Source of the DNA: Candidatus Bathyarchaeota archaeon
Lineage (GTDB): Archaea; Thermoproteota; Bathyarchaeia; Bathyarchaeales; Bathycorpusculaceae
NCBI GenBank assembly: GCA_963720565.1
Contig: CAVRFW010000005.1
Location: 224,001 to 288,000 of the forward strand
Length of the DNA: 64,000 nt
Direction of reading: 5' to 3'
Position numbers and translations under genes: made by a program. Shown here one piece after another: positions 61,042 through 64,000 of this stretch. Each line of letters starts with the position of its first letter. Position 1 is the first letter of the stretch. The notes below the pieces were generated by a model that saw only the letters and a program-made list of their open reading frames with translations, did not search any database and had not been told where the DNA came from.

Positions 61042-62686
61042 ATGCCCAAGCTACGCCTTAAGCAGTCCTTCTCAGGGTTAAAAAGCATAGGAAAAAGCAA
61101 AACTGATGTAGACTCTAAGAAGAAACAAGAGCAGCAACTCCAAGCTCCTGCAGCAGCAGCCAACCCAATCCCGAGAGGGCTAAAAGTCATCACCAAATAC
61201 CCCTTATACGAACCATTTTCACACGTTGTAATCGTTCAAAACCCCAAAACGGGCGAACACAAGTACATTCTAGATGAGCTCCAGCTTGATCCACTCGAGA
61301 GAGGCGTATACAACCGAATCCTAGAAATACTTACTAGCCGAAATTGAATCGCCAAAAGAGGAAATTCTCGATCCTCGAAAGTTTTTTGCAGAAGAAGCCA
61401 AGAAAATTGTAGACAAATACCGCATCAGTTTAGGATGGCTGCCCGATGTTTCATGGTACAAGATTCTCTATCACGCAGAAAGGGACCTGGTTGGTTTCGG
61501 GAAAATCGACCCTCTTATGCGAGACCCAAACATCGAAGACATTTCATGCGACGGTGTTAAAAAGTCAGTCTACATATGGCACCGTAACTTTGAAAGCATC
61601 CAAACAAACCTCGAGTTCGAAAACGACGAAACTCTTGACAACACAATTGTTAAACTAGTCCACATGGCTGGAAAACACGTCAGCACCGCTTTCCCAATAG
61701 TCGATGCATCCCTCCCAGGTAAACACAGACTCGCAGTATGTTACAGACGAGAAATCACCCCGTTCGGAACGGCTTTTACGATCAGAAAATTCAGAGAAGA
61801 TCCATACTCTATCATAGACTTAATCAACATAGGGACATTCTCGGAGGAAATGGCTGCCTACTTCTGGGTAAGCCTTGAAAGCAGATCATCCATAATGGTT
61901 TTAGGCGGTACAGCAGCAGGCAAAACAACAGCCCTGAACGCTATGGCTTGCTTGATTAAGCCCGGAAGCAAAATCATTACAATTGAAGAAACTGCAGAAC
62001 TTAACCTACCTCATGAAAACTGGGTTTCCCTAATTGCCCGACAAAGCTACGGCTTAGGTGGAAGCAATGTAGGCGAAGTAGCTCTCTTTGACTTGGTTAA
62101 GACTTCAATGCGCCACCGCCCCGACATGCTGGTGGTGGGCGAGGTCAGAGGTCAAGAGGCATATGTTCTTTTCCAGGCTTTAGCCACAGGCCACGGTGGT
62201 ATGTGCACTATGCACGCTGAAAACTTGGATTCAGCCGTAAAGCGTTTAACTCAGAAACCCATGGAAATCTCGCCTGCATACATTCCGTTAATGAACATTG
62301 TCCTATCTATACAGAGGGTTCATCTTGTCAAGGACAATGAAAAGAGGGCGTATAGACGAGTCATCACTGTCAACGAGATTGCGGACTACGAAAACTATAG
62401 GATGCCCTTCAAGTGGCAACCGGCAAAAGACGAGTACGTGATCGATTTCGAGGATAGCGTTTTGCTGTCATCCATAGCCGAGCGTCAAGGCATAACCAAA
62501 GAAGACTTGATTGCTGAAATCGGAAGGCGCAAGGACGTTTTACATTGGATGCGAGAACGCAACATTAGAAGTTACAAAGATGTTGCTGCCATAGTTGCAG
62601 AATATTATGCGCGACCAAAACTCATCTACGAGAAAGTTCTTGCAGGGGAGGAGGTAAAGGTAGTTGCCACTTCTAAAGACGCTTGA
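61042..62686 (+). CDS. Type II/IV secretion (type IV pilus-like) ATPase, frameshifted at about 61332
   Basis: DPNIEDISCDG, TIRKF, GGTAAGKTT, IEETAEL, RHRPD..VVGEVRG; removing one T fuses 61042.. with 61517.. Confidence 0.9.
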
Positions 62687-64000
62687 GACTCTGTCCTTTC
62701 GTCTTTTTGGAGGCATAGCTCCTTCCTTCATTAAACATGGTTTCAATGTCAAGGACAAGTTAGAAAAGGCATGCATCAAAATCTACCCGGTAACTTACAT
62801 TTCACTAATGCTTTTCATTGCTGTACTGACCATTCCGGTATCAGTAGTATCCATAGCGATTTTCTTCCTGTTCGGCTTCATGCCCATCCTTTTCCTGGCT
62901 CCGCTTCCACTTTACATTATGATGGGGTTTCTATTTGCCCCGTCGTCCAAAGCCAGCGACAGATCAAGTGGCTTAGAACGAGAGATGCCGTTCGCCGCAG
63001 CTTACATTAGTGTCATGGCTTCCGGCGGAATCGCACCTTATACCAGCTTCAAACGGTTGTCAGATGTTGAGCTCATGCCTTCCATGCGTGGAGAAGCTAG
63101 GGAAATAATTAAAGACGTAGAAATATTCGGCGTAGACCCTCTAACAGCTCTGGAAGTCGCTGCCAAGAAAAACCCATTAGACATATTTAGGGACTTTCTA
63201 TCAGGCTACGCATCCACCGTTATTATCGGCGGAGATATAGGACACTTTCTGGAGCGTAAAGCTGAGGAAATATTCAAGACACGTGCGCTGCGTGTCAAGG
63301 CCGCTGCAGAACGCCTAGGCATGTTACTGGAAACTTTCATCATAGTAATGGTCATGATGTCTCTGTGCTTCTACATACTATTCAGTGTAGATTCGATATA
63401 CAGCGTCGGTACATCCATGTACTCGGGAATAATACTCTACACCTACCTGTTCACGCCCCTGTTGTCACTGATGTTCATTTACTTAGCGCACAGCATGCAG
63501 CCAAAGGCGCCATTCTCAGACATGAGACCCTACAAAGTATTCGGTGTGTGTGCCATTATTGGTGTCGTACTCTTCCTCTTGCTGACGAATTTCATGGGGT
63601 ATGTACAGCTTCCACTATTTAGTTCCCTTCAGAGCATAATCGACTTGCCTACTGCAATAGCTATAGCTCTGGTTGTTGTAACTGCGCCGGCTGCTTTCTT
63701 GTACGGCAAGCTCTCTAAACAGAAAAACGGCATGGAAGCTGGCATTAGCAGTTTCCTTAGAGATTTAACTGAAGTCAGAAAGACGGGACTATCACCGGAA
63801 AAATGCATTGAAAGCTTGTCAACTCGAGACTATGGGGTGTTCACTAAAGAACTGCGGAAGATAAGTTCAGAGATCTCCTGGGGTATACCCCTTAAAAAGG
63901 TGATTATGGATTTCCTGAAGAGAACGAAAAGCTGGATGACCCAACTCGTTATGTTCCTCCTCGTTGAAACCATCGACGTCGGCGGAGGCACAATTGAGAT
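62664..64000 (+). CDS. TadC/FlaJ-like (T2SS F family) membrane platform protein, 3' truncated
   Basis: Manual translation from TTG 62664: LEREMPFAAAYISVMASGG..., FLRDLTEVRKTGLSPEKCI..., ETIDVGGG; no stop seen before the window end. Confidence 0.88.
   Translation, partial: MPLLKTLETLSFRLFGGIAPSFIKHGFNVKDKLEKACIKIYPVTYISLMLFIAVLTIPVSVVSIAIFFLFGFMPILFLAPLPLYIMMGFLFAPSSKASDRSSGLEREMPFAAAYISVMASGGIAPYTSFKRLSDVELMPSMRGEAREIIKDVEIFGVDPLTALEVAAKKNPLDIFRDFLSGYASTVIIGGDIGHFLERKAEEIFKTRALRVKAAAERLGMLLETFIIVMVMMSLCFYILFSVDSIYSVGTSMYSGIILYTYLFTPLLSLMFIYLAHSMQPKAPFSDMRPYKVFGVCAIIGVVLFLLLTNFMGYVQLPLFSSLQSIIDLPTAIAIALVVVTAPAAFLYGKLSKQKNGMEAGISSFLRDLTEVRKTGLSPEKCIESLSTRDYGVFTKELRKISSEISWGIPLKKVIMDFLKRTKSWMTQLVMFLLVETIDVGGGTIE

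Noticed and set aside
1..64000. CRISPR arrays, rRNA, transposases, inteins, Sec/Pyl read-through
   Set aside because: None seen by eye; intein-prone proteins (aIF5B, Top6, ligase) have normal lengths, and split genes differ by frame rather than by in-frame stops

Overview
Archaeal chromosomal segment, mostly housekeeping, with no CRISPR array, integrase or transposase. Gene content suggests a TACK archaeon, most likely Bathyarchaeia (inference). It carries a partial thermosome gene, an AbrB/PhoU regulator divergent from a five-gene split glutamate synthase operon, a radical SAM/SPASM enzyme, tRNA/rRNA maturation genes (cgi121, THUMP, cca, thpR, EndA-like, NOP2, Nip7, pcc1), ABCE1, topoisomerase VI, aIF5B, SAMP and UbaA, DNA ligase, class II HMG-CoA reductase, thiolase/DUF35, hisS, glnA, tRNA-Lys(CTT), nadA, an ECF module, the proteasome-exosome superoperon, a geranylgeranyl reductase, Lrp/asnA/PEPCK and a type IV pilus-like ATPase/TadC pair. 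The most notable items missing from the ORF track are a 21-aa Glu/Trp micropeptide gene with its own expression signals upstream of ABCE1, a candidate dual-guide C/D box sRNA matching 16S helix 34, and other structured intergenic elements. Also seen are an apparent inversion of the psmA-pcc1 block and five single-base insertions that look like sequencing errors. All calls are by eye; no database searches were run.
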